From assembly GCF_035628975.1 (NCBI RefSeq), contig NZ_DASPIS010000032.1:12987-76986 (forward strand): a stretch of DNA of 64,000 nt, given 5' to 3'. Positions 52,869-62,902 of this stretch are shown here, one piece after another. Made by a program: the position numbers and the translations under genes. Origin of the DNA: Azospirillum sp. (GTDB lineage Bacteria > Pseudomonadota > Alphaproteobacteria > Azospirillales > Azospirillaceae). Every line of letters begins with the position of its first letter. Position 1 is the stretch's first letter. A model generated the notes under the pieces. That model had not been told where the DNA came from. It saw nothing but the letters and a program-made list of their open reading frames with translations, and did not search any database.

Positions 52869-55800
52869 ATGGTCCTCTCAGACATCTCGATCCGCCGGCC
52901 GGTGCTGGCGACGGTGATGAGCCTCGCCCTGATGCTGATCGGCATCGTGTCGTACCAGCGCCTGTCGGTGCGCGAGTATCCGAAGATCGACGAGCCGGTC
53001 GTCACGGTGGAGACGACCTACAAGGGCGCCTCGGCCCAGATCATCGAAAGCCAGGTGACCCAGACGCTGGAGGACAGCCTCGCCGGGATCGAGGGCATCG
53101 ACGTGATGTCCTCCATCAGCCGGGCGGAGAAGTCGCAGATCACCCTGCGCTTCCGGCTGGACCGCAATGTCGACGTCGCCGCCAGCGACGTGCGCGACCG
53201 GGTGGGCCGCGTCCGCGCCGCGCTGCCGTCGGAGATCGACGAGCCGGTGATCGCCAAGGTGGAGGCCGACGCACAGCCGATCATCTATCTGGCCTTCTCC
53301 TCCGACCGGCATTCGCCGCTGGAGGTGACGGATTTCGCCGACCGCTACGTCAAGGACCGGCTGCAGAACCTGCCCGGCGTCGCCCAGGTCCGCATCTTCG
53401 GCGAACGGCGCTTCGCCATGCGCCTGTGGCTGGACCCGCAGCGGATGGCCGCCTACCGGGTGACGCCGCAGGATGTCGAGAACGCGTTGCGCAAGCAGAA
53501 TGTCGAGATTCCGGCAGGGCGCGTCGAAAGCGTGGCGCGCGAGTTCACCGTGGTGTCGGAGACCGACCTGCGCAGCCCGGCCGAGTTCGAGAACATCATC
53601 CTGCGCGACGATTCCGGCTATCTGGTCCGCTTGCGCGATGTCGGCCGGGCGGAGTTGGGCGCGCTGGACGAGCGGGTCAGCGCCCGCTTCAACGGCCGCG
53701 GCGCCGTCGCCATCGGCGTGGTGAAGCAATCCACCGCCAACCCGCTGGACGTGTCGAAGGCGGTCAACGACGCGCTGCCGAAGATCCGCGCGGCGGTGCC
53801 CGACGGCATGGGGGTGGATGTCGGTTACGACAGCTCCGTCTTCATCGCCAAGTCGATCGACGCGGTGTTCCACACCATCTTCGAAGCGATCATCCTGGTC
53901 GTTCTGGTCATCTTCTTCTTCCTGCGCTCGCTGCGGGCGACGCTGGTCCCGCTGGTGACCATCCCGGTGTCGCTGATCGGCGGCTTCGCCCTGATGTACG
54001 CCTTCGGCTTCTCCATCAACACGCTGACGCTTCTGTCGATGGTGCTGGCCATCGGTCTCGTGGTCGACGACGCCATCGTCATGCTGGAGAACATCTTCCG
54101 CTATGTGGAGGAGGGGATGCACCCCTTCCAGGCGGCGCTGAAGGGATCGCGCGAGATCGGCTTCGCCGTCATCGCCATGACCATCACGCTGGCGGCGGTC
54201 TATGCCCCCATCGGCTTCATGACCGGCCGCACCGGACGGCTGTTCACGGAGTTCGCGCTGACGCTGGCAGGCGCTGTCATCGTGTCGGGCTTCGTGGCGC
54301 TGACGCTGTCGCCGATGATGTGCTCCAAGCTGCTGAAGCACGAGACCAAGCACGGCATCCTCTACCGCGCCATCGAGCGTTTCCTGGAGGGGATGACCAA
54401 CGGCTATCGCAGCCTGCTGCGGCTGTCGCTGCGGGCGCGGCCGCTGGTGCTGCTGATCGGCTTCGGCGTCGCGGCGGCGAGCTATGGCCTGTTCACCGGG
54501 CTGAAGTCGGAACTGGCGCCGGTGGAGGACCGCGGCACCATCGTCGGCATCGCCATCGCGCCGGAAGGCTCCACGCTGGACTACACCATGGGCTATGCCC
54601 AGCAGATGGAGGCGCTGTTCCGTCAGATCCCGGTGCTGGAGAAGTTCTTCGTCGTCGTCGGCTTCCCCGTGGTCAACCAGGGCATCGCCTTCGTCCGCCT
54701 GATCGACTGGGACCTGCGCGACGTGAAGCAGCAGGCGATCACCGCACAGCTGTTCCCGAAGATGTTCGGCATCCCCGGCATCATGGGCTTCGTCACCAAC
54801 CCGCCGTCGCTGGGCCAGAGCCCGACCGAAAAGCCGGTGAACTTCGTCATCCAGACCTCCCTGCCGTTCGAGGAATTGCAGGCGATGGTCAACGCCATGA
54901 TGGCGGAGGCCCGCAACTTCCCCGGCCTGGTCAACCTCGACACCGACCTGAAGCTGAACAAGCCGGAATTGAAGGTGTCGCTGGACCGCGACAAGGCGGC
55001 CGACCTGGGGGTGGACGTCGACACCGTCGGCCGGACGCTGGAAACCCTGCTGGGTGGGCGACAGGTGACGCGGTTCAAGAAGGACGGCAAGCAGTATGAC
55101 GTGATCGTCCAGGTCGCCAACATCGACCGCCGCAACCCGGATGACATCGCCGGCATCTATGTGCGCGGCGGCACCAGCGCCACCGGCGGAGCGGGGCAGA
55201 TGATCTCTCTCGCCAATTTGGTCAAGGTCGAGGAGCGGGTCGCGCCGAAGGAGCTGAACCACTTCAACAAGCTGCGCTCCGCCACCATCACCGCGACGCT
55301 GGCGCCGGGAACCTCGCTGGGCGAGGCCCTGGGGGTCATGCAGGCGGCGGCGAACAAGGTGCTGCCGGCCACCGCCCAGACCGACTATGCCGGGCAGAGC
55401 CGCGAGTTCCGCGAATCCGCCACCGGGCTCTATTTCGTCTTCGTGCTGGCGCTGGCCTTTATCTATCTGGTGCTGGCCGCGCAGTTCGAGAGCTTCATCG
55501 ATCCCTTCGTCATCATGCTGACGGTGCCGCTGTCGATGACCGGCGCGCTGGCGGCGTTGCAGATGAGCGGCGGGACGATGAACGTCTACAGCCAGATCGG
55601 CCTCGTCACCCTGGTCGGGCTGATCACCAAGCACGGCATCCTGATCGTGGAGTTCGCCAACCAGCTCCAACGCGCCGGCACCGACATCCGCAAGGCGGTG
55701 GAGGAGGCGGCCGTGCTGCGCCTGCGTCCGATTCTGATGACCACCGGCGCCATGGTGCTGGGGGCCCTGCCGCTGGCCTACGCCGAGGGGGCCGGTGCGG

Positions 55801-55982
55801 AAAGCCGGCAGGCGATCGGTGCCGTGATCGTCGGCGGGATGACCCTGGGGACGCTGCTGACCCTGTTCGTGGTGCCGACGGTCTACAGCTATCTTGCCCG
55901 CAAGAAGCCGATGCAGGATGAGGGGGAAGGGGTGGGCGTAGCGCATGGCGCGGCCCATCCGCCCGCCCATCCGGCCGAGTAA
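52869..55982 (+). CDS. RND efflux permease (AcrB/AcrD/AcrF family)
   Basis: [54 protein letters not shown]. Confidence 0.95.
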   Translation: MVLSDISIRRPVLATVMSLALMLIGIVSYQRLSVREYPKIDEPVVTVETTYKGASAQIIESQVTQTLEDSLAGIEGIDVMSSISRAEKSQITLRFRLDRNVDVAASDVRDRVGRVRAALPSEIDEPVIAKVEADAQPIIYLAFSSDRHSPLEVTDFADRYVKDRLQNLPGVAQVRIFGERRFAMRLWLDPQRMAAYRVTPQDVENALRKQNVEIPAGRVESVAREFTVVSETDLRSPAEFENIILRDDSGYLVRLRDVGRAELGALDERVSARFNGRGAVAIGVVKQSTANPLDVSKAVNDALPKIRAAVPDGMGVDVGYDSSVFIAKSIDAVFHTIFEAIILVVLVIFFFLRSLRATLVPLVTIPVSLIGGFALMYAFGFSINTLTLLSMVLAIGLVVDDAIVMLENIFRYVEEGMHPFQAALKGSREIGFAVIAMTITLAAVYAPIGFMTGRTGRLFTEFALTLAGAVIVSGFVALTLSPMMCSKLLKHETKHGILYRAIERFLEGMTNGYRSLLRLSLRARPLVLLIGFGVAAASYGLFTGLKSELAPVEDRGTIVGIAIAPEGSTLDYTMGYAQQMEALFRQIPVLEKFFVVVGFPVVNQGIAFVRLIDWDLRDVKQQAITAQLFPKMFGIPGIMGFVTNPPSLGQSPTEKPVNFVIQTSLPFEELQAMVNAMMAEARNFPGLVNLDTDLKLNKPELKVSLDRDKAADLGVDVDTVGRTLETLLGGRQVTRFKKDGKQYDVIVQVANIDRRNPDDIAGIYVRGGTSATGGAGQMISLANLVKVEERVAPKELNHFNKLRSATITATLAPGTSLGEALGVMQAAANKVLPATAQTDYAGQSREFRESATGLYFVFVLALAFIYLVLAAQFESFIDPFVIMLTVPLSMTGALAALQMSGGTMNVYSQIGLVTLVGLITKHGILIVEFANQLQRAGTDIRKAVEEAAVLRLRPILMTTGAMVLGALPLAYAEGAGAESRQAIGAVIVGGMTLGTLLTLFVVPTVYSYLARKKPMQDEGEGVGVAHGAAHPPAHPAE

Positions 55983-56304
55983 GGGCTGAGGGAAGCGATC
56001 CGATCCGCTCCCCTCCCCTTCCATCCAGAACGCACAAGCGCAAACACCGCCGTTCCGGACATCAAGCCGGTTCGGCGGTGCTTTGCGTTTCGGGTGATCC
56101 CCGCTTGGGAAGGAGCTGTCGGATGGCCGAGTTTTTAGGAAAGGGATCCAGCCGACATGTTCTGGCCGGGCGGCCAGTGACCGGTTCCATCCGACGGGGT
56201 GGCCGACGGGCGGGAAGGCCGCCTTGCTCTTCGCCTGCTTGCCCTGCGCCTGCCTGGCCTTCGCCTGCGTGATCGTCAGGCGGTTGAGTCAGGAGGCGGC
56301 AGGG

Positions 56305-56463
56305 TCAGGCGGCGAGCCGTCGCTCCTGTACTCGTCGGCTCCGGCGAAGGCGTTCGAACAGCTGCTGGATGCTGTCGGGGCTGATCCCATCGCGCGCCAT
56401 GACGGCGATCACGATCGGATCGGCGAGCAATTCGGAAAGGGTCGGCGTCGTGTTCCGGTCCAT
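56305..56463 (-). CDS. Small conserved-type hypothetical protein (52 aa)
   Basis: TLSELLADPIVIAVMARDGI; RBS agggaggg upstream of ATG. Confidence 0.65.
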   Translation of the reverse strand: MDRNTTPTLSELLADPIVIAVMARDGISPDSIQQLFERLRRSRRVQERRLAA

Positions 56464-56772
56464 GCGTCCCTCCCTTTTGGTCCGGCTTCCGATCACCGTG
56501 GCCGTCCCGGAAGGGGGATCGGCGGACGGTCGAAGCCGGCAATGGCGATTGGCCTAATCCCTGCTGCGCGCTCGTCTCGGCTTTCGGCATCCGGATGGCC
56601 GCCGGGGATATAGCCCCTTTGATCCGGATTGTGCGTTGAAAATACAATATGGCGACCATACCGCAGCCGGAGTGGTATTGTCACCAGTCCTTTTGTCAAC
56701 AAGCGCTATATCTTTCCGTGATCCAGTAATGGCCGGCGCCGCTACCGGTCGGTGGACCATCGGCGTTACTGT

Positions 56773-57150
56773 TCACCCCTGTCCCGGACGGGCCCGCGTC
56801 AGGCTGGCCCCGGAGGAGGGACCGCCGGAGTCGGGTGCGGGAATCGTAACGTCCGCCTGGACCCGGCGGACTTTCGCATGGGACAGGCAAAGCTCCGCGG
56901 CGCGGTCGGCCAGATAGTCGGGACCGGGTACATCGGATTCGGCACAAAGACGGCGCAAGTCTTCGACGATGTCCTCGTAAGACATCACGGCGGCGATGTC
57001 GTCGGGAAAGCCTGGGCCGGGATGGGTGACGGTCAGCGTCAGGTCGAAGGACACCAGCGGCCGGTCGGCGCGGCCGGCGATGGCGACCGGCGCGGCGAAG
57101 CCGCGCACCAGGATGGTGTAGGTGAGCGGCGCGCCGCCCGGCTGGACCAT
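56773..57150 (-). CDS. folB: Divergent dihydroneopterin aldolase (FolB)-like protein
   Basis: T-fold pattern (VSFDLTL, DDIAAVMSYEDIV, LADRAAELCL); downstream of folK. Confidence 0.55.
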   Translation of the reverse strand: MVQPGGAPLTYTILVRGFAAPVAIAGRADRPLVSFDLTLTVTHPGPGFPDDIAAVMSYEDIVEDLRRLCAESDVPGPDYLADRAAELCLSHAKVRRVQADVTIPAPDSGGPSSGASLTRARPGQG

Positions 57151-57282
57151 GACGGCCCGTTTTGCGCTATCGTCCGACAACACATTCTCCCGGCCGGCGG
57201 CCCGCCACCGGCATTGCATTCAGGCCGGCACTATAAGCGGTGCCGCCGCCGCTTGCCACCGCACTGGGCCGGTTGTGGGCGC

Positions 57283-57804
57283 TCAGAGCCCTTTGGCGAT
57301 CCGCAGCACGGTCTCCCGCCCCGGCACCTCGTCGTGCAGCGCGCCGATGCGGCGGTTCAGCACCGGATGCAGGACATCGGCGGCGATATCCGCCAGCGGG
57401 CAGAGAACGAACGCGCGCTCCGCCATGCGAGGGTGGGGGATTTCCAGGTCCGGTTCCGCCAGCACCCGGTCGGCATAGAGCAGGATGTCGATGTCGATGG
57501 GACGCGGGCCGAAGCGAAGCCCGCCCAGATCGCGGCCCAGCGTCGATTCGATCTCCTTGAGGAAGCGCAGCAGCGCCTGAGGGTCCAGATGCGTGGTGCC
57601 GCGCACCGCCATGTTGAGGAAGGCCGGCTGGTCCGTCACGTACATCGGCGCCGTCTCGTAGAGCGCCGACTGCGCGTCGATCTCCACCGCCTCGCCCAGC
57701 CGACGGATCGCCTCGGCCAGGTTGGCGGCGCGGTCGCCCATGTTGCCGCCCAGCGCCAGATGGACGGTGACGGGAGAGGAGGGGGTAGGCGTAAGCTCGG
57801 CCAT
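57283..57804 (-). CDS. folK: 2-amino-4-hydroxy-6-hydroxymethyldihydropteridine diphosphokinase
   Basis: LALGGNMGDR, YETAP, FLNMAV, GPRPIDIDILLY, IPHPRMAERAFVLCPL. Confidence 0.93.
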   Translation of the reverse strand: MAELTPTPSSPVTVHLALGGNMGDRAANLAEAIRRLGEAVEIDAQSALYETAPMYVTDQPAFLNMAVRGTTHLDPQALLRFLKEIESTLGRDLGGLRFGPRPIDIDILLYADRVLAEPDLEIPHPRMAERAFVLCPLADIAADVLHPVLNRRIGALHDEVPGRETVLRIAKGL

Positions 57805-58002
57805 GGCGTCGGCGGTCCTGATGTGCTGGGATGGGCGGGTGGCGGAACTCCTAGCAAATCTCCGCCCGCCCGTCATGTCGCCAGTCATGCGGGGGGCGTC
57901 CGCTCCTTCGGGGAACGGACGGGCGGCAGCGGGGTTTCAGCATTATATCAACCGGTTGAGATGAACCCGGAAATGACACGATATCCTGGTGGAGGACGAG
58001 AC

Positions 58003-58461
58003 ATGGGCCGCGTACGGAGCATGGGCGCTGCGGTGATCCTTCTCGGCGGCACGGCCGCCATCCTTGCGGGCTGCGCCACCGGCCCCGATCCCGAGGTGGC
58101 GCGGCGCGCCCAGACCGCCATGGTCGGCATGCCGAAGGCCGACCTGCTGGCCTGTGCCGGGGTGCCGGACCGTCAGGCGATGGCGTCGGGCCGGGAATAC
58201 TACACCTATGTGGCGCGCCCGACGGCCGCCTACAGCCCCGGCAGCAGCATCGGCATCGGTGCCGGCAGCTTCGGCGGCAGCGGCGGGGTGGGGCTCGGCC
58301 TCGGCTTCGGCGTGCCGGTCGGCGGCAGCACCACGTCCGGATGCGAGGCGACGGTGGTGGTCGGCCCGCGCGGCACGGTGGAGCAGGTCAGCTACCCCGC
58401 GGGCGCCTCGCTGTCGGCCTGCACACCGATCGTCAGCAACTGCATGGCGCCGCGCGGCTGA
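58003..58461 (+). CDS. Hypothetical lipoprotein
   Basis: Lipobox LAGC; RBS ggagga; DLLACAGVP; Gly-rich central segment; C-terminal cysteines. Confidence 0.8.
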   Translation: MGRVRSMGAAVILLGGTAAILAGCATGPDPEVARRAQTAMVGMPKADLLACAGVPDRQAMASGREYYTYVARPTAAYSPGSSIGIGAGSFGGSGGVGLGLGFGVPVGGSTTSGCEATVVVGPRGTVEQVSYPAGASLSACTPIVSNCMAPRG

Positions 58462-58648
58462 CGGCATGTCGCGGCGGGGCCTCGCGCCCATAAGACTTAG
58501 AGATGAGGCGGTCGGGGCTGTCACGGCACCGGCCGATCCCGTATTCTCGAACTGAACCCCGGCCCCGGAAATTCCGGCCACGGCCGGGGGACCGACGGCC
58601 GCAAAGGGCCGCATCAGGGTTGGCATAGGGTTGGAGGAACCACGAACC

Positions 58649-59473
58649 ATGGATATGAGCGGAAGCCACCGGATCGAGGCCAGCCGCGAGGCGGTGTGGG
58701 CGGCGCTGAACGATCCGGACATCCTGCGCCAGTGCATCCCCGGCTGCGAGGAGGTGGTCCGGCAATCCGATACCGAGATGACCGCCAAGGTCGTCGCCAA
58801 GGTCGGCCCGGTCAGCGCCAAATTCGCCGGCAAGGTTACGCTGTCGGACCTCGACCCGCCCAACGGCTACACCATCACCGGCGAGGGATCGGGCGGAGCC
58901 GCCGGATTCGGCAAGGGCGGGGCCACCGTGGCGCTGTCCGACGATGGCGGGGCAACCCTGCTGACCTACACCGCCAAGGCCCAGGTCGGCGGCAAGCTGG
59001 CGCAGATCGGATCGCGGCTGGTCGACGCCACCGCCCGCAAGATGGCGGAGGAGTTCTTCGCCCGCTTCACCCAGATCGTCGGACCGGCGCCGGCCGAAGT
59101 GGCGCCCGATCAGGTGGCGCCCGATCAGGTGGCGGTGGATGCGGGGGCTTCCGATGTCGAAGCGGCTCCGGTGGTGACTCCCACGGTCGCAGCCGAACCG
59201 GTTGGCGCCAAACCGGCCGTCCGGCCGGCCGTCTACTCCGACACCACGACGGCCGCGGCCGCCACCCCTGCACCGAAGCCCGCCACCCGCATGGCGGAAC
59301 CGCCGCCGGAGATCCCGTTGCCTCTGCCGGCCGGGCTCGGCGGTGGGCTGGGCAGTGGGCTCGGCAGCCGGATCGGGGGTGCGATCGGCGGCGGAAGCGG
59401 CGGTTTCTACGTTCCGTGGGCTGCGCTACTGCTGGTTGTTGTTCTGCTCGCGTCGCTTGCTTTGATTCACTAG
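58649..59473 (+). CDS. coxG: CoxG / SRPBCC family protein with Pro/Ala-rich linker and C-terminal TM anchor
   Basis: VWAALNDPDILRQCIPGCE, KVGPVSAKF, AQVGGKLAQIGSRLVD. Confidence 0.85.
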   Translation: MDMSGSHRIEASREAVWAALNDPDILRQCIPGCEEVVRQSDTEMTAKVVAKVGPVSAKFAGKVTLSDLDPPNGYTITGEGSGGAAGFGKGGATVALSDDGGATLLTYTAKAQVGGKLAQIGSRLVDATARKMAEEFFARFTQIVGPAPAEVAPDQVAPDQVAVDAGASDVEAAPVVTPTVAAEPVGAKPAVRPAVYSDTTTAAAATPAPKPATRMAEPPPEIPLPLPAGLGGGLGSGLGSRIGGAIGGGSGGFYVPWAALLLVVVLLASLALIH

Positions 59474-59602
59474 TGTGACAGATTGTTCATTGGTCGTACG
59501 GCCATATCAAAGGGGTTTGACGTACCCCTGGATTGTGTATGCTGCCGCGCGATTCCGGTCGGCGCCGTCGGCCGGTCGATCCATCGGAAGGGAAGCCGAA
59601 GT

Positions 59603-59983
59603 ATGAAGAAGCTGTTGATGGGCGTAGCCACCCTGGCCGCGATCGTGACGGGTGCCGGTGCCGCGCAGGCCGCCGATGCCGCCGCCGGCAAGGATGTCTT
59701 CAAGGTTTGCATGGCCTGCCACACCACCGAGCAGGGCAAGAACAAGGTCGGTCCGTCGCTGCACGGCGTCGTCGGCCGCCCGGCCGCTGCGGTCGATGGC
59801 TTCAAGTATTCGGGCCCGATGAAGGAAAAGGCCGCCGGCGGCCTGACCTGGACCGCTGAGAACCTGGACGCCTACATCAAGGCCCCGAAGGAAATCGTCC
59901 CGGGCGGCACCATGGCCTTCGCCGGCCTGAAGGACGACGCCAAGCGTGCCGACCTGATCGCCTTCCTGGCCGAGCAGAAGTAA
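59603..59983 (+). CDS. cycA: Cytochrome c2 (class I c-type cytochrome)
   Basis: Signal peptide; CMACH; KVGPSLHGVVGR; PGGTMAFAGLK. Confidence 0.92.
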   Translation: MKKLLMGVATLAAIVTGAGAAQAADAAAGKDVFKVCMACHTTEQGKNKVGPSLHGVVGRPAAAVDGFKYSGPMKEKAAGGLTWTAENLDAYIKAPKEIVPGGTMAFAGLKDDAKRADLIAFLAEQK

Positions 59984-60022
59984 GACCACGCATCCCGGCC
60001 TAGCCGGGAGCCGCGGACGGCG

Positions 60023-60055
60023 AAAAGGGCCGGAGGCATAGCCTCCGGCCCTTTG
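60023..60055. terminator. Rho-independent terminator between the convergent cycA and pepN
   Basis: aaagggccggaggc-ata-gcctccggcccttt. Confidence 0.85.
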
Positions 60056-60087
60056 TGTATATGCGTCCGGTCCTTTGGTGCCGAGTC

Positions 60088-62745
60088 TCAGCCGGCAGCG
60101 GCCAGACTCTTGCTCGCCACCTCGTAGACGTCCGGCGAGAGCCCCGCAGTGGCGACGATCCGCTCCAGTTCGGCCTTCATCACGGCCTGACGGGCCGCGT
60201 CATAGCGCCGCAGGCGGGAGAAGGGACCCATCAAGCGGGCCGCAACTTGCGGATTCATCGGGTCCAGGCGGAGCACCTGATCGGCGAGGAAGCGGTATCC
60301 GGCTCCACTCCGGTCGTGGAAGCGGACCGGGTTGCCGTTGGCGAAACCGCCGATCAGGGCATAGACCTTGTTGGGGTTCCGGATCTCGAAGGCCGGGTGG
60401 CCGAGCAGGGCCGTCACCCGGTCCAGAGTGTCGGCGCGGTGCGACATCGCCTGAACGCCGAACCACTTGTCGACCACCAGCGCCTCGCCCTTCCAGCGCT
60501 CGTAGAAGTCGGCCAGCGCCTTGTCGCCTTCCGGCGAGGTGGCGTTGGACAGGAACTGCAGCGCCGCGATCTCGTCGGTCATGCCCTTGGCGCTGCGGTA
60601 CTGGGTCAGGCACAGTTCCAGCGCCTCCGGATCCTCCAGCGCCATCAGGTAGGCGAGGCAGAGGTTCTTCAGCGCCCGCTTGCCGATGGCGTCGGCATCG
60701 ACGGAGAAGGGCTCCTGGCTGCTGTTGCGGCGGTAGAGGTCGAGGAACTGCGCCCGCAGGCGGCCGGCCAGCGTCTTGCGCGCGAACTCCCGCACCGTGT
60801 GGATGGCGTCGGGATCGACCACCGCCATCTGGGTGCCCAGATAAGCCTCCGTCGGCAGAACCAGAGCCTGCGCGGCAAAGGCCGGGTCGCGGTCGGCATC
60901 GGCCAGGATCCGGGCGAAGGCGTCGGCATAGCCCTCCGGCAGCACCAATTCGCGGCCAGCCTGCCGATCAGCGACGAGGTTCAGCAGGATGCGGGTGCCC
61001 AGGATCTGCCCGGCTTCCCACCGGTTGAAGGCGTCGCTGTCATGCGCCATCAGGAAGGTGAGGTCGGCATCGGTCAGGTCGGTCTTCAACTTGACCGGGG
61101 CGGAGAAGCCGCGCAGCAGCGACGGGACCGGCCGGGTCGGGATGTCGCGGAAGGTGAAGCTCTGGCTTTCCGCCGTCACATGCAGGATGCGGCTGGTGCC
61201 GTCTGCGCTCTCCTCACCATCAAGACGCAGCGGCAGGTCCTGCCCGTCGGGGCCGAGCAGGCCGACCACCAGCGGGATGTGCATCGGCTGCTTGGTCGGC
61301 TGGCCCGGCGTCGGCGGGACCGTCTGCTTGACCGTCAGGGTGAAGGTCTTCGCCGTCGCGTCATGGCTGCCGGCGATGTCCAGCTCCGGCGTGCCGGCCT
61401 GCCGGTACCACAGCTGGAACTGCGTCAGGTCGACGCCGCTGGCATCCGCCATGGCCGCGACGAAATCGTCGCAGGTGACCGCCTGCCCGTCATGACGCTG
61501 GAAATAGAGATCGGTGCCCTTGCGGTACTTCTCCGGCCCCAGCAGGGTGTGGATCATGCGGATGACTTCCGCACCCTTGTTGTAGACGGTGGGGGTGTAG
61601 AAGTTGTTGATCTCGACATAGCTGTCCGGGCGCACCGGATGGGCCATGGCGCCGGCATCCTCCTGGAACTGCACGGTGCGCAGTCCCTGGACGTCGGCGA
61701 TCCGCTTCACCGCGCGGGAGTGCATGTCGGACGAGAATTCCTGGTCGCGGAAAACCGTCAGCCCTTCCTTCAGCGACAGCTGGAACCAGTCGCGGCAGGT
61801 GACGCGGTTGCCGGTCCAATTGTGGAAATACTCGTGCGCGACCACCGCCTCGATGTTGAGAAAATCGGTGTCAGTCGCGGTTTCCGGCTTCGCCAGAATG
61901 TATTTGGTGTTGAAGACGTTGAGCGACTTGTTTTCCATCGCCCCCATGTTGAAGTCGCCGACCGCGACGATGTTGAAGATGTCCAGGTCGTATTCCAGAC
62001 CATAGACCTCTTCATCCCAGCGCATCGACTTGATCAGCGAGCGCATGGCGTGGTCGATCTTGTCCTCGTTTCCCGGCTCCACATAGATGCGGAGCGTCAC
62101 GTCGCGGCCAGACGCGGTGCGGAACCGGTCCTCGCCATGGACGAGGCTGCCGGCGACCAGCGCGAACAGGTAGCAGGGCTTGGGGAAGGGATCCTCCCAG
62201 CGCGCCCAGTGGCGTCCGCCTTCCATGTCACCGGACGCGGCGAGGTTGCCGTTGGACAGCAGCACCGGATAGCGCGCCTTGTCCGCGGTGATGGTGGTGC
62301 TGTAGCGCGCCATCACGTCCGGCCGGTCGATGAAATAGGTGATCTTGCGGAAGCCTTCGGCCTCGCACTGGGTGCAGAAGTTGCCGGAGGACTTGTAGAG
62401 CCCTTCCAGCGCGGTGTTCTCCTGCGGCTTGATGCGGACGATGGTCTCCAGCGTGTAGCTGTCCGGCACCTCCAGCACGATCAGGTGATCGGGGGTGACG
62501 GTGAACTCGTCCGGCCCCAGCGTCCGCCCGTCCAGCGCCACCGACACCAGGTCCAGCCTCTGCCCGTCGAGCGACAGCGGCTCGTTCGCCGCCTCCGGAC
62601 GGTCGGGGTTGCGGCGGATCGCCAGCACCGTGCGGACGGTGGTGACATCCTCGCCCAGGTCGACGAACAGGTCGACCGTGTCGATCAGATGCGCCGGCGG
62701 GCGATAGTCCTGAAGCCGGATGGCCTTCGGCGTGCCTTTGTCCAT
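60088..62745 (-). CDS. pepN: Aminopeptidase N (M1 family)
   Basis: GAMENK, HEYFH..E zinc motif (AHEYFHNWTGNRV..KEG), NNFYTPTVYNKGAEV. Confidence 0.96.
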   Translation of the reverse strand: MDKGTPKAIRLQDYRPPAHLIDTVDLFVDLGEDVTTVRTVLAIRRNPDRPEAANEPLSLDGQRLDLVSVALDGRTLGPDEFTVTPDHLIVLEVPDSYTLETIVRIKPQENTALEGLYKSSGNFCTQCEAEGFRKITYFIDRPDVMARYSTTITADKARYPVLLSNGNLAASGDMEGGRHWARWEDPFPKPCYLFALVAGSLVHGEDRFRTASGRDVTLRIYVEPGNEDKIDHAMRSLIKSMRWDEEVYGLEYDLDIFNIVAVGDFNMGAMENKSLNVFNTKYILAKPETATDTDFLNIEAVVAHEYFHNWTGNRVTCRDWFQLSLKEGLTVFRDQEFSSDMHSRAVKRIADVQGLRTVQFQEDAGAMAHPVRPDSYVEINNFYTPTVYNKGAEVIRMIHTLLGPEKYRKGTDLYFQRHDGQAVTCDDFVAAMADASGVDLTQFQLWYRQAGTPELDIAGSHDATAKTFTLTVKQTVPPTPGQPTKQPMHIPLVVGLLGPDGQDLPLRLDGEESADGTSRILHVTAESQSFTFRDIPTRPVPSLLRGFSAPVKLKTDLTDADLTFLMAHDSDAFNRWEAGQILGTRILLNLVADRQAGRELVLPEGYADAFARILADADRDPAFAAQALVLPTEAYLGTQMAVVDPDAIHTVREFARKTLAGRLRAQFLDLYRRNSSQEPFSVDADAIGKRALKNLCLAYLMALEDPEALELCLTQYRSAKGMTDEIAALQFLSNATSPEGDKALADFYERWKGEALVVDKWFGVQAMSHRADTLDRVTALLGHPAFEIRNPNKVYALIGGFANGNPVRFHDRSGAGYRFLADQVLRLDPMNPQVAARLMGPFSRLRRYDAARQAVMKAELERIVATAGLSPDVYEVASKSLAAAG

Positions 62746-62902
62746 GTGCCTTGTCTCTGGTTTGGGTCTCTGGTCTGTGTCTGTCTTGCGGAACAAGCCG
62801 TTCGGGACAGGTCCGAGGGACAAGGACTGTAGCAAGGCGGCGGCGGGCTGTCTTGAGTGGGAATGGGGGTGGAGCCGGGGGGGATGCCCGGCGGGGAAGG
62901 CC

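Noticed and set aside
40637-55982. The two RND efflux pairs as novel systems
   Set aside because: Canonical adaptor/permease pairs; neither is adjacent to the pfa cluster, so there is no evidence they export its product.
56050-56300. Possible ncRNA or riboswitch in the GC-rich intergenic stretch
   Set aside because: No recognisable Rfam motif by eye; would need a covariance-model search.
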